64,000 bases of DNA from a virus (lineage: Duplodnaviria > Caudoviricetes). The notes under the pieces are model-generated. The model was given only the letters and a program-made list of their open reading frames with translations. It did no database searches and had not been told where the DNA came from. The stretch spans positions 1,366 through 65,365 of IMG/VR virus record IMGVR_UViG_3300035698_003705. One strand, given 5' to 3'. This document shows positions 48,426 to 58,241 of the stretch, piece after piece. Every line of letters begins with the position of its first letter. Position 1 is the stretch's first letter. Position numbers and translations under genes: made by a program.

Positions 48426-49433
48426 ATGTCTTATGAATTTGAAACTGGTGTCTTTGAAAAATTCCGTGCTGTTAAAACAATTCACCTTGGCCAGTTTAAT
48501 CTGGATGTTTCTGCCAATGGTGTGATTGAGTTTGACGGCCAAACAGTTCGTTTTGGAGGGGAGACATACAACGCCCCTGCAGTCTCTGGTGCTATTAGAG
48601 CGGGTTGGTTTGTCCCTGTTATAGATAAAACCACAACAGACTACAGACCACTACCTTCAGGCAACAAGTATGCTACAGCAGTACCTATTGAGGACGAGAA
48701 AGAAGTAGGTTCTGTAACACGGGCTAAAGAAAAACGAGATGCAGCTTGGGCCCAAGCAGTGGGGGCCACTCCAGTTGCTTCTGAGATAGAAGCTCCTAAA
48801 GCAGCAGCAGTAATGGTTGAGCCCGAAGCACCTGTACTTAAAAAGTATCCTACGGTGCAATCAGACGAGTACACAGACAAGCATTATCAGTTCACGCCTC
48901 ATGCAGCTTCTAAGAAGAAAGATGCTTCTACAGAGAAGGACCCTAATTTCTTTGATAACACACCGAAGGATGGGAGCTCCGCTGCACAGGGTGGTGTGGT
49001 TGTAGGCAGAATAAAGTCTGCTACCACTACAAGTTTTGATGCTAGTGATTCAAGGGCTTTGGCAGCAGCAACATCCAAGATTGCTCAGTCTTCGGGTGCT
49101 AAGGTTGAAATAGACCCCATGATCAAAGCACGCAAAGAGGCTCTTAAGGCTCAGAGCCATCCTAATGGTGCAATTGGAGATGTTGATACTGCTATGTCTG
49201 GTGATAATTTGGAAGATATCATGCCAAACGCTGTCTCTACAGGAAAGCCTAAGCCAGGTGTTTCCCGTAGTGATGAACCCTTTCAGTGGGATATGACAGG
49301 CCACTGGCGGACCCGTGTGAAGAATGCTGTTCAAACTTATGCTGATAGACCTGAAGTTCTTGCACAGATTTACAAAGTCGAATTGGACTCAGTAGTTCAA
49401 AATATCCGCAAAGAACTCGCCCGCAAGAAATAG
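48426..49433 (+). CDS. Hypothetical protein
   Basis: AGGAG RBS and a 335-aa ORF with a low-complexity middle. Confidence 0.8.
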   Translation: MSYEFETGVFEKFRAVKTIHLGQFNLDVSANGVIEFDGQTVRFGGETYNAPAVSGAIRAGWFVPVIDKTTTDYRPLPSGNKYATAVPIEDEKEVGSVTRAKEKRDAAWAQAVGATPVASEIEAPKAAAVMVEPEAPVLKKYPTVQSDEYTDKHYQFTPHAASKKKDASTEKDPNFFDNTPKDGSSAAQGGVVVGRIKSATTTSFDASDSRALAAATSKIAQSSGAKVEIDPMIKARKEALKAQSHPNGAIGDVDTAMSGDNLEDIMPNAVSTGKPKPGVSRSDEPFQWDMTGHWRTRVKNAVQTYADRPEVLAQIYKVELDSVVQNIRKELARKK

Positions 49434-49507
49434 AGCCAGTACACTAGATCGTTTATGCAATAACCCTTGTTAGACATGGTTTTTACCAAAATGGGGGTTT
49501 CCCACCT

Positions 49508-49870
49508 ATGAAAAAAGCTTCCGATAATCAGGTTGTATGGGCCTTACTCACTGAGGGGGTCACTCAAGCCCGATTAGATGCACACAGGGTACAGCTATTA
49601 ATAGATAGAGCAGTCAAACTTGTAGAAGCATCATCAGACAAAGAACATCTCTACCAAGTTGCAGGTGATATAATCCAGGGGCTTCCTGAGAGAATGGGTG
49701 CTTTGAAAGGTTCTTTGGATAGAACTAACTGGGCACTTGCGAAGATGGGTGCTGAAATCTTTGAGGATATGATGCCACTAGCAGACAAGGCTTTGGTGCA
49801 AGAAACCGTAAAGCCTATTCTAGCCAAAAGACTTGCTGCTAGATATATGAAAGAACGGGGACTATCTTGA
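49508..49870 (+). CDS. Hypothetical helical protein with C-terminal RLAARYM
   Basis: ORF with RBS, overlapping the next gene. Confidence 0.78.
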   Translation: MKKASDNQVVWALLTEGVTQARLDAHRVQLLIDRAVKLVEASSDKEHLYQVAGDIIQGLPERMGALKGSLDRTNWALAKMGAEIFEDMMPLADKALVQETVKPILAKRLAARYMKERGLS

Positions 49871-51420
49871 AATCTTTACTAGCAGGCTTTCTTGATATGA
49901 ATGATGTTACGGGGATCAAAACCTTTGCTCCCTTTACAGACTACGATCATGCAGAACGGGATCATCAAGACTCAGCACTACCTTCGCCACCGCACTCACG
50001 CAGTAAGCCCTTGCCGGGCACACCACAGTTCAATGTGCCTGGGTCTTCAGAGGATGCCCCTGATGGCAGAAGCCTAAGCAAAGACAGGGTGCGTACTAAA
50101 AGTGTTCCTGGTGAAGACTACACACCTAATGACCCGCAACCACGGACAACGCCTATTCGTAGGCAAACCTTAGCCTTAGAAGAGACTGCTGCAATTAAGG
50201 GGCCTACATTCCCAGGGGCAGACAGGCAAAAGGAACAGCGTGGGGATGCTAAACGATACTATAAGAAGTATTACCTCAAGAACAAGACTAAGATTAAACG
50301 GCGTATGAAACGCTGGCACCGTAAGTGGGATACGAGACACCAGTTCAAGAAAGATAAAGACCGCAGAAACAATCATCCAAATCGTTTTAACAGATTTCCA
50401 GGGGGTTATTCAGATAATGCTGATAGGGCCCAAGACACTAGAGACAAGAAAGCTTCGCTGTTCCCGATTCCTTTGTGGTATTTGCCCACACAAGAAGCAG
50501 TACAGTTAATAAGTTTGGACCTGAATAGTGGGTCTGTCAAATTATTGTTTGAGATTGGTGAAGTGAACATTCTTTTGGAAGATCTATTTGAAACTGTGGT
50601 CTTTGAGTCGGATGATGACTTGGAAGCTGTTTTTGAATATCTGGATACAGAATTAGGTTATGTGCCATCCGAAGAAGAAGCACAAGTAGAGCCGGATGAC
50701 TATGAGGATCTTCTTGAAGACTGGTACTTCAAAGACGCTGCTATGATAGAAAAGTTCCCCATGCAGGATTTACCCGCAGATCAGTACTACACTAAGTCTA
50801 CACCCCGTAGTGAACGTAAAGAACGGGACATGCCCTTAGAGAAGCAGTTTAACCACGATGTTTTTGATTCTTCTGGGGCATCAGGTAAAACAATACCAGA
50901 TACAGGAGATCTTATCAATAAGAAGGCGGTCCTGATTGCTGAGATTAAAGAGGATTGCGATCCTAAACAATTGACACAAGCTGGAAATCTGAAACCTAAA
51001 CTGGTAAGGACAGATGTTCCTAATTTGATATGGCTTTGGGATGTCCCTAGTTCTAAGGGAGGCTACTACAGAGTAAAAGTAAAAGTCTTGAAGCGAGGGA
51101 ACAACCTCCACGTATCAAACCTAGATGTATTGGTAACTTGTGCTTGCCCTTATTGGCAGTGGCAGGGGCCGGAACACTGGGCGAAAGTAGAAGGCTACCT
51201 TTATAAGAAGCCTTTAGGTACAGCGTCCCCGCCTATCCAGAAGGATCCAGACGGAACACACAGGGCTTGTAAGCATGTGCTGGCAGTGTTTCAGAAGATG
51301 GAGAAGTACATCCTGAATAAAAACAGGCCTAAGTTTAGTTCAAAGGACGTTATTGTTGGTAACATTATGATGCGATATGCACAACGGCTACTGGAGGATG
51401 CCTATCATGCCGATGTATGA
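49867..51420 (+). CDS. Multidomain protein with a highly basic segment and C-terminal SWIM zinc finger
   Basis: YRVKV..CACP..CKHVLAV. Confidence 0.75.
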   Translation: MKSLLAGFLDMNDVTGIKTFAPFTDYDHAERDHQDSALPSPPHSRSKPLPGTPQFNVPGSSEDAPDGRSLSKDRVRTKSVPGEDYTPNDPQPRTTPIRRQTLALEETAAIKGPTFPGADRQKEQRGDAKRYYKKYYLKNKTKIKRRMKRWHRKWDTRHQFKKDKDRRNNHPNRFNRFPGGYSDNADRAQDTRDKKASLFPIPLWYLPTQEAVQLISLDLNSGSVKLLFEIGEVNILLEDLFETVVFESDDDLEAVFEYLDTELGYVPSEEEAQVEPDDYEDLLEDWYFKDAAMIEKFPMQDLPADQYYTKSTPRSERKERDMPLEKQFNHDVFDSSGASGKTIPDTGDLINKKAVLIAEIKEDCDPKQLTQAGNLKPKLVRTDVPNLIWLWDVPSSKGGYYRVKVKVLKRGNNLHVSNLDVLVTCACPYWQWQGPEHWAKVEGYLYKKPLGTASPPIQKDPDGTHRACKHVLAVFQKMEKYILNKNRPKFSSKDVIVGNIMMRYAQRLLEDAYHADV

Positions 51421-51610
51421 GTATAAATGTACTGTTTGTGAAAACTTGTTTGAAAGGCTTCTGAACTTTAAGGAAAGCTCAGAAGACCAGTTCTGTCCAG
51501 ATCCCGATTGTGGGGCTCTTTGTGAAAAGCAAGTCCCCAAGACTTCTTTTATACTGAAGGGTGATGGCTGGACGGAAAAGTTCTATCCTAATACTGGAAG
51601 GGGCGCTTGA
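51407..51610 (+). CDS. FmdB-family zinc ribbon protein
   Basis: MPMYEYKCTVC..FE..CPDPDCG..FILKGDGW. Confidence 0.85.
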   Translation: MPMYEYKCTVCENLFERLLNFKESSEDQFCPDPDCGALCEKQVPKTSFILKGDGWTEKFYPNTGRGA

Positions 51611-51611
51611 A

Positions 51612-51992
51612 ATGCCTATTTATGAATACATATGTACAGAGTGTGAAGAACCCTTTGAGAAGGTTCTTCCTTTAGCAGAATATGACACACCCCAGAACTG
51701 TCCTGCTTGTGACGCTTTGGGGAAGAGGTCTGTTTCACACACATCTTTTATATTGGTTGGTGATAACTGGCCAAGCAAAGCTGGGCGGATCAGATCACAG
51801 AAGGCTAAACATAATAAAAAGCTAGATCAAAAAACAAGGGATCATATAGCACCACTGCCAGATATGATTCCAAATGTGAATGGAGAAGAAGTGGGTTCTT
51901 GGGCGGAAGCTCAAAGGCTTGCCTCTAGTAAGGGAAAAGATACACGAAGCTATGAGGTTTTCGTGCAGAAGGAAAAGAAGAAGAATAAGTGA
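51612..51992 (+). CDS. FmdB-family zinc ribbon protein (second copy, extended)
   Basis: MPIYEYICTEC..FE..CPAC..FILVGDNW. Confidence 0.85.
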   Translation: MPIYEYICTECEEPFEKVLPLAEYDTPQNCPACDALGKRSVSHTSFILVGDNWPSKAGRIRSQKAKHNKKLDQKTRDHIAPLPDMIPNVNGEEVGSWAEAQRLASSKGKDTRSYEVFVQKEKKKNK

Positions 51993-52002
51993 GGGTTTTA
52001 TT

Positions 52003-52797
52003 ATGAGTGACTCTTTTGGCCCCTTTGATGTTAGAGTTGGAATTTTAGAGAGATCTAGCCACCTCATTGATTTAGTATTGCGACAGCAACCGGGCAGTAC
52101 AGCTTTCAGGTTGTTTCACAGTAAGAACCTGGAAGATGCCTATGGAACGATGGCTACTTCTGGTTTAGCTGGGACAGGTGGTGCTTTGGCACTGGAAGCC
52201 AGGGCTGGTCAACTGGTACAGACAGATACTATCCATCGTAAGGGTTGGATAGTAGAAGAAGTCCGGCGTGGCCAAACAAGTTTTAAACTAGACCTTGAAG
52301 ATCTAAGCTCTTCGGATGAAGTCTTTGCGTACTTCCGGGTACAAGAGGCCCGTGGTGGCTCCTGGTTAGTCTCTCCCGGCCCTGTGAATATAGCCTACCC
52401 TGTTATGGGTCCTATCCTTATAGTGCCCTCAGCATCCTTTTTTGCTTCTTCTGCTAGTGTGTTTACAATGCAGGGTCTAGCACCTGGAAACACTACTTGT
52501 ACAGCAGGGGCCATTCCATTTTTTGATCCAACTGTACAGGTACCATTGCCACTTCATATGGTCTTCCCACGGCCTGCTGCTTCTGTGATAATTAAAAACC
52601 TAGCTGCTGTAGGAACTGGAATGCTTGTAAGCTTTGGTTTAGGGCAGCCTATGATAGCTGTTGATGGTGGTCAGTCTACCACTCCAACGGGCGGCGGCTA
52701 TGCACAACCTGGTGTCCGAGAAGTTATTATTGCTGCCACAGGTGGTGCTGCAATAAGCTTTTCTATCGAAGCTGTTGTAGGCAACGAGATTAGATAG
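52003..52797 (+). CDS. Putative structural protein
   Basis: GAGGG RBS and beta-rich composition. Confidence 0.7.
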   Translation: MSDSFGPFDVRVGILERSSHLIDLVLRQQPGSTAFRLFHSKNLEDAYGTMATSGLAGTGGALALEARAGQLVQTDTIHRKGWIVEEVRRGQTSFKLDLEDLSSSDEVFAYFRVQEARGGSWLVSPGPVNIAYPVMGPILIVPSASFFASSASVFTMQGLAPGNTTCTAGAIPFFDPTVQVPLPLHMVFPRPAASVIIKNLAAVGTGMLVSFGLGQPMIAVDGGQSTTPTGGGYAQPGVREVIIAATGGAAISFSIEAVVGNEIR

Positions 52798-52898
52798 GCA
52801 AACTAATGCCCCACATCCCTTATTATTATTTTCTATAGGTATGAAAACTTGAACTGCTTCCTGCAAACGCAGGGGGGTGAATTGACAGGAGGTGTTTA

Positions 52899-55800
52899 AT
52901 GCCTTATATTTGTTTAGCAAGAGACGATCTTCCAGGCGGAACCATTCAAGTTCTTGACTTGGCACCTAACACATCATTGGCCATTCCTTCTTTAGGGCAG
53001 CCACAAACTTGTTATGTGAACAGAGTACAGACTGATGTGGCCTCAGTAGATGCTTCGGGGCATCTAGTCCAGACCAAAGCCGATGGCCTACATGCTTATC
53101 TTTGGGATAGAGTAGAGCCGGGCGGTGCTGAACAAGCAGAAGGGCTTATTACATCAGCAGGCCCCGTGGATGGGGACACGCTTACTCTAGGCGGCGTGGC
53201 TTTTGGTTGCGTTGTTAATTTTGCAACAGGGTCAGTAACCGTTGACCCAGCAGTCCCTGTTTTGATTGGTGATAGCTTTTCAATTAAGGGCATTAACTTT
53301 GATGCAGTAACACCATTCCCCTACGGGGAGATTACGTGTGGCACTATTACAGCAGGAACAACTTTTACTATTGATGGAAATATTTTAACCGCAGTAGAAG
53401 ATCTAGCTATTGGTACGGCGCAAACAACCAGTGTTGTAGATACAGATACTTTTTCTGTGAAGACAGTACCTTTTACGGCTGTTGACAACATAACTACAGG
53501 GTCCATTACTGTTGATCCTGCTGCTGATGTCTTAGCAGGTGACGGCTTTACTATTAAAACAATTGGTTTTTTAGCCGTAGATACAAATCCATATGGCACA
53601 ATAGATTGTGGGGCTGTTGTAGTAGGTGACACCGTAACCATTGATGCCACACCCTTTACTGCCATAGAGACCTTTGGTGTAGGCACAGCCCAAATGACAG
53701 GTTGTGCAGCGGCGGACAATTTTACAGTAAAAGGCATCACTTTTACAGCTCAAAATGGTGCTGCTAATCCTGCACTACAGCAGTTTGATGATGAGGCCGC
53801 ATCAGGTAGTGCTATTGCAACAGCTACTTCATTGGCGTTAACTATAAACGATCCTGCTTCACAGGCACTTATTTCTGCTGCTTTGCCTGCATTGGCGATT
53901 TGTTCTGCAGCTACCGGAGGAACAGATACTGTAACAGTTACTGCTTCAGTTCCTGGTACCCCCGGTGAGTTTCTATTGACTGAGAATACAGCAAGCGTAA
54001 GGATAGTTATTTCAGGTGCTGCTATGGTAGCACCTGCTATTGTAGCCGCAGCAGGAGATTTTGGTTCAGCCTTGCAGTTTGATGGTGTTACTGATCTTGT
54101 AGCAACGTCGCTTGCAGATGCTATTGATGCAGGAGGACTAGCACTAAACGCTTGTGTTGTCGTAGCCAGCCAAGTCCAAGTTGAAGGAAACGTGGCTGGT
54201 TTAGTAGGCATTCTGGCTTGGTCTACCACATCTGGTGTGGTAACACTTGCACCGCTTACTGAAATGGGGATGGCTCTTCCGGTTTACGCAAATGTACCGC
54301 ATGAGTTTTATGCACAGGATTCTGTTCTTACCGTAGAAGAGGTTGCAGAATCTATTGCACTCTCTATGGCGGATGCTTCCATTGCTATTGCTATGGACTT
54401 GGTTGTGCCGTTAGGCGATCACATTCAGAACATCGCTCGGACAGGGCGTGTTGTTGATTTTGAGTCTGATGATGTTGGCCTTGTTGATAAGTTTGCTCTG
54501 ACAGAAACTACGGGTGGTATAAGACTCGCTATTTCAGGGGCTACTATGGATCTGGTTCTTGCGGATAGTTCTGCTCAAGAATTTGATGGCCTTGCTAACG
54601 CAGGCAGTGATATAGTTTCTGCCACTACTTTGGCAGCTACAATTAACCATGCTAATTCTCAGGCCGCTATTTCTGCTGTAGTTCCGAATCTAATTGTTTG
54701 CGCTGCAGCTAATGGTGGTACGGACACTGTAACACTAACAGCTTCGGATCCTGGAACACAGGGTGAGTTTGCACTGGCACAAACCGGAGGCACCATTACA
54801 CTTTCAGGCGCTGCTATGGCACACACACCTCCAAACCCCGCAGCCCAAGAGTTTGGCTCTTCTGCTGAGTATGCTGGTGTAGTGGTAAATATCTCAACTG
54901 CTCTTAAAGCAGCTATAGATGACCCAGCTTTGAATCTTAACTGTGTTGTTAATGGGGCTGTCTTGGAAGTTACGGGGACAGTTGTTGGTGTTGCCGGTGA
55001 GTATGACTGGTCTACATCAGCAGCCTTGGAATTGGTTTTGGACCCCTTAGCGGGGATTCGAACAGCTCTTCCAGACTATACGGCTAACCCCCATCAGTTC
55101 CTTTCCAGTGCTGCTGTAGCAGCCGGTGCCCCAGCTTTAGTCGCTGCTTCTATAGCAGCTTGTATGGCAGACACTTCAGTGGCTACTGCTATGGACTTGC
55201 TGGCTCCCTTAGGAGCACATGTTGATACTATTACTCCAGTCGGTGGGGTTGTAAGTTTTGCTTCAACAATTAGAGGCCTTCTAGGACAGTTTGCTTTGAC
55301 AGAAAGTACTGCCACTGTAAGACTTACAGTTTCAGGAGCAAATATGGATCTTGTACTTGCAGACCCTGCAGCTCAAGAGTTTGACGGTTTGCTTGGTGTA
55401 GCTTCTAATGCAGATGTTGCTCTTACTTTGACAGATGCTATTAATGATGCTGCAAGTATCGTGCTTGTAAGGGCTGCTAATACTAATGTATATGCAGATG
55501 CCACAGCAAATGTAGCTACTGTTGAATTGCTTGCAATGTTTGACCCGGGCGGTGCACCTGTTGTGCAGTACGGACCGGATGGCAGCTTGACTCTAGCTAG
55601 CTCAAGTGCTACACGTTTGGCTTTGAACACAGGAACTGTAACAGATCGTATGTACCGTACTAATGAAAATTGGAATGGTACTACGATGACAAACACTGTA
55701 ACTGCTCTGCTAGCAAGGCTAGATGCAGGTTCGAGTATGACTTTGAGTGACATTAACACATTGCTTACTGCTCAGGCAGGAACGTCTCTAATTGCAGGAG

Positions 55801-56273
55801 GCACATCTTCTACAGGTACAGTGGATGACATCCTAAACATCTTGGCTGGTAGAGGTTATCGGATTTCAAAAATGAGTTCCGCTAGTACTTTCAATCAGTT
55901 TACGACTGTAGCAAACCCCACCTATGAATGGGAAGCAACCCAACGGGGTGGCTTTACAGAAAACGTTCTTGTGTATGGGGATACAATGCTTCATGGTGAA
56001 GTTGTATCCAGTACATTGGGCGGTACAACAGTGGCAAGGGAGATTACTCCCATACGCCACACAATTGATACAGATGCCTTTAAGATTTCTGTGGCTTCTG
56101 GTCAACTTGCTGTTTTTGGTAGTGTAAGTGGGATGCCGCCGGTAACCTTGTGGCCCGATAGTGACACCCGCCCCTTTTATCCCTGGTTGCATCAAGGAAC
56201 CTTGCAGTACCCCGCCGTGACAAACGCACGGGTACTCACTGTTTATGATGATTCCGGGAATGTATTAGCTTAA
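52899..56273 (+). CDS. Long Ala/Thr/Gly-rich virion fibre or appendage protein (triplet B, long member)
   Basis: Internal repeats, and termini homologous to the next two genes. Confidence 0.75.
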   Translation: MPYICLARDDLPGGTIQVLDLAPNTSLAIPSLGQPQTCYVNRVQTDVASVDASGHLVQTKADGLHAYLWDRVEPGGAEQAEGLITSAGPVDGDTLTLGGVAFGCVVNFATGSVTVDPAVPVLIGDSFSIKGINFDAVTPFPYGEITCGTITAGTTFTIDGNILTAVEDLAIGTAQTTSVVDTDTFSVKTVPFTAVDNITTGSITVDPAADVLAGDGFTIKTIGFLAVDTNPYGTIDCGAVVVGDTVTIDATPFTAIETFGVGTAQMTGCAAADNFTVKGITFTAQNGAANPALQQFDDEAASGSAIATATSLALTINDPASQALISAALPALAICSAATGGTDTVTVTASVPGTPGEFLLTENTASVRIVISGAAMVAPAIVAAAGDFGSALQFDGVTDLVATSLADAIDAGGLALNACVVVASQVQVEGNVAGLVGILAWSTTSGVVTLAPLTEMGMALPVYANVPHEFYAQDSVLTVEEVAESIALSMADASIAIAMDLVVPLGDHIQNIARTGRVVDFESDDVGLVDKFALTETTGGIRLAISGATMDLVLADSSAQEFDGLANAGSDIVSATTLAATINHANSQAAISAVVPNLIVCAAANGGTDTVTLTASDPGTQGEFALAQTGGTITLSGAAMAHTPPNPAAQEFGSSAEYAGVVVNISTALKAAIDDPALNLNCVVNGAVLEVTGTVVGVAGEYDWSTSAALELVLDPLAGIRTALPDYTANPHQFLSSAAVAAGAPALVAASIAACMADTSVATAMDLLAPLGAHVDTITPVGGVVSFASTIRGLLGQFALTESTATVRLTVSGANMDLVLADPAAQEFDGLLGVASNADVALTLTDAINDAASIVLVRAANTNVYADATANVATVELLAMFDPGGAPVVQYGPDGSLTLASSSATRLALNTGTVTDRMYRTNENWNGTTMTNTVTALLARLDAGSSMTLSDINTLLTAQAGTSLIAGGTSSTGTVDDILNILAGRGYRISKMSSASTFNQFTTVANPTYEWEATQRGGFTENVLVYGDTMLHGEVVSSTLGGTTVAREITPIRHTIDTDAFKISVASGQLAVFGSVSGMPPVTLWPDSDTRPFYPWLHQGTLQYPAVTNARVLTVYDDSGNVLA

Positions 56274-56284
56274 GGAGGTTTCTC

Positions 56285-57058
56285 ATGGCTAGAGCTTATT
56301 TAGTGCTGAATCGAAAAGACATTGAAGATTCTGGTTTGCAAGTGACGGATCTGTGGCCGAACACTTCGCAGCGGAACGCCGTATATGACCCTATTGGTCA
56401 GACCGGTTATTTGGCATTCACCGCACAGAACGACACAGTTGTAACGGCTGGTGCAAACGATCTGATGGCAGCTGACACCTATGGTCTTTCTGCATATATG
56501 ATTGACAATGTGGAAGACAATGATAATGGTGGTGGCAACATCATTTTGTCAGATGCTTTTGCAAATGCCATTGCTGAAGACATTCTCAATGTTATTATTG
56601 CAGGCACAGCACTGACTCTGGCTGCTGTCAATGCTATTATTGTAGCTGTTATTACAGGTAGTGCCGCAACAGGCTTGGCAACAGGCAACTCCACAGGAAC
56701 AGTAGAAGAGATTCTTCATATTCTTGCTGGTGAGGTTTACAAAGTAGCCGCTACTGCAGCGCTATCTCTTGCAGGCGGCTTTGTAGCACCCCACGTTCGT
56801 GTGGGTGGTTTTGTGGCTTCCACGGAATCTGATTATAGACATGTACGTGTTTATACAGATACCGGGGCTATTCACATTTCAAGGTTTGCTGGACAGCTGA
56901 AACTGTTGGCTGCTGCAACTTTCCTGTTCAACAATCCCAGTTTGACCTACGGTGCAGCTGGTACTGCCCTGTTCTCAGACGGTACACACATACTAGCTAC
57001 CTATCTAGGGGCTGCTGTGGTAGTGTATGATTCATTGGGGAATGTGATTATTAACTAA
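56285..57058 (+). CDS. Structural protein (triplet B, short member 1)
   Basis: MARAYLVL.RKD..DLWPN..GQTGYL at the N-terminus and VYD..GNVI at the C-terminus. Confidence 0.8.
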   Translation: MARAYLVLNRKDIEDSGLQVTDLWPNTSQRNAVYDPIGQTGYLAFTAQNDTVVTAGANDLMAADTYGLSAYMIDNVEDNDNGGGNIILSDAFANAIAEDILNVIIAGTALTLAAVNAIIVAVITGSAATGLATGNSTGTVEEILHILAGEVYKVAATAALSLAGGFVAPHVRVGGFVASTESDYRHVRVYTDTGAIHISRFAGQLKLLAAATFLFNNPSLTYGAAGTALFSDGTHILATYLGAAVVVYDSLGNVIIN

Positions 57059-57066
57059 GTGCTTTT

Positions 57067-57104
57067 AAGTGGTGCTGATAGGGAATGCCTTATCAGCACC
57101 ACTT
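57067..57104 (+). other. Strong intergenic hairpin (terminator or mRNA stabiliser)
   Basis: AAGTGGTGCTGATA..TATCAGCACCACTT forms a perfect 14-bp arm with no clear U-tract. Confidence 0.7.
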
Positions 57105-57136
57105 GAGACACAAACTTAACTTAGGAGGAGTTTATT

Positions 57137-57901
57137 ATGGCAAGAGCATATTTAGTGCTAGCAAGAAAAGACATGGAAGATAACAACCTTCAGATCCTGG
57201 ATCTCTGGCCAAACTCTTCTTTGAGAAACACGTCTATTGATCCCGCAGGACAGACTGGCTATCTGGGATTCACTGCCCAAAGTGATACAGTTACTCTAGC
57301 CACACCTGTAGCAGTAGATATTTTTGTAGGAGACACCTACGGACTTGCTGCTTATATAGCAGACAATGTAGAAGACATGGTTGGTAATCTGGCTTGTACT
57401 GCTGCTAAAGCAAATGCGGCTGCAACAGCCCTCTTGACAATCGCTGCCGCAGGTACAGCCCTTACAGAAACAACCATCAATGCAAGTCTAGCAGCCGATC
57501 TCAGTGCTGGTTCTGTGTTGGCTACAGCACCCTCAACAGGGACCGTGGCTGAAGTTCTCAGGATCATAAGCGGTGAAGTTTACAAAGTAGCAGACGGGGC
57601 TATTATCTCCGGTGCTGCTCACGCATTTGCAGTACATACACGAAAAGGCAGCTTCGTTGCCTCAACAGATTCTCACTACAGAAGTGTTCGGACTTTTATT
57701 GATACCGGTGCTCTACACATCTCCAGAGATGTGGGTGCCCTTAGTAAATTTTGTTCAACAGCATACGTATGGAACAACGGCACCCTTACCTATGGTGTTG
57801 GTGGGACCGCCCTGTTCCTTGATAGCACTGCTATCCCAACAACCCATTTGGGCGCAGCTATTGTAGTGTATGACGCCTCTGGAAACGTTATCACAAACTA
57901 G
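57137..57901 (+). CDS. Structural protein (triplet B, short member 2)
   Basis: Close paralog of 56285-57058. Confidence 0.8.
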   Translation: MARAYLVLARKDMEDNNLQILDLWPNSSLRNTSIDPAGQTGYLGFTAQSDTVTLATPVAVDIFVGDTYGLAAYIADNVEDMVGNLACTAAKANAAATALLTIAAAGTALTETTINASLAADLSAGSVLATAPSTGTVAEVLRIISGEVYKVADGAIISGAAHAFAVHTRKGSFVASTDSHYRSVRTFIDTGALHISRDVGALSKFCSTAYVWNNGTLTYGVGGTALFLDSTAIPTTHLGAAIVVYDASGNVITN

Positions 57902-57927
57902 CTCCCCTGCAATCTTTTATCTATAGA

Positions 57928-57968
57928 GACCCCTACTTGTAAGAGATCCTTACAAGTAGGGGTTTTCT
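57928..57968 (+). terminator. Rho-independent terminator
   Basis: ACCCCTACTTGTAAG-AGATC-CTTACAAGTAGGGGT followed by TTTCT. Confidence 0.8.
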
Positions 57969-57995
57969 CGCATTTAACATAAGGAGTATAAAACT

Positions 57996-58223
57996 ATGGA
58001 CAATTTCTACAGAACAACAGACCTCTATTATGCAGCTTATCTTAAAGTAGCTGGGGTTCCCTTCGTTGAAACTACCCGCGAAGGTGATAGAGTGACTTTC
58101 GTATTCCAAATTGTGGAAGGTATGCGGGATCTGAAAAATGGCTTCTATAACAGAACAGCCAAAGTTTCAGCCCTGTCCTTCACAGACGAAATACGAACCA
58201 TGAAAACCCTTACACACGGGTAA
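57996..58223 (+). CDS. DUF5659-like small phage protein
   Basis: YRTTDLYYAAYL..G..VTFVF and an AAGGAG RBS. Confidence 0.7.
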   Translation: MDNFYRTTDLYYAAYLKVAGVPFVETTREGDRVTFVFQIVEGMRDLKNGFYNRTAKVSALSFTDEIRTMKTLTHG

Positions 58224-58241
58224 AGTATTAGAAGGACTGCG

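Noticed and set aside
53096-57866. Numerous minus-strand and alternate-frame ORFs over the fibre genes
   Set aside because: They are antisense shadows of Ala/Thr/Val-rich coding sequence with no recognisable motifs.
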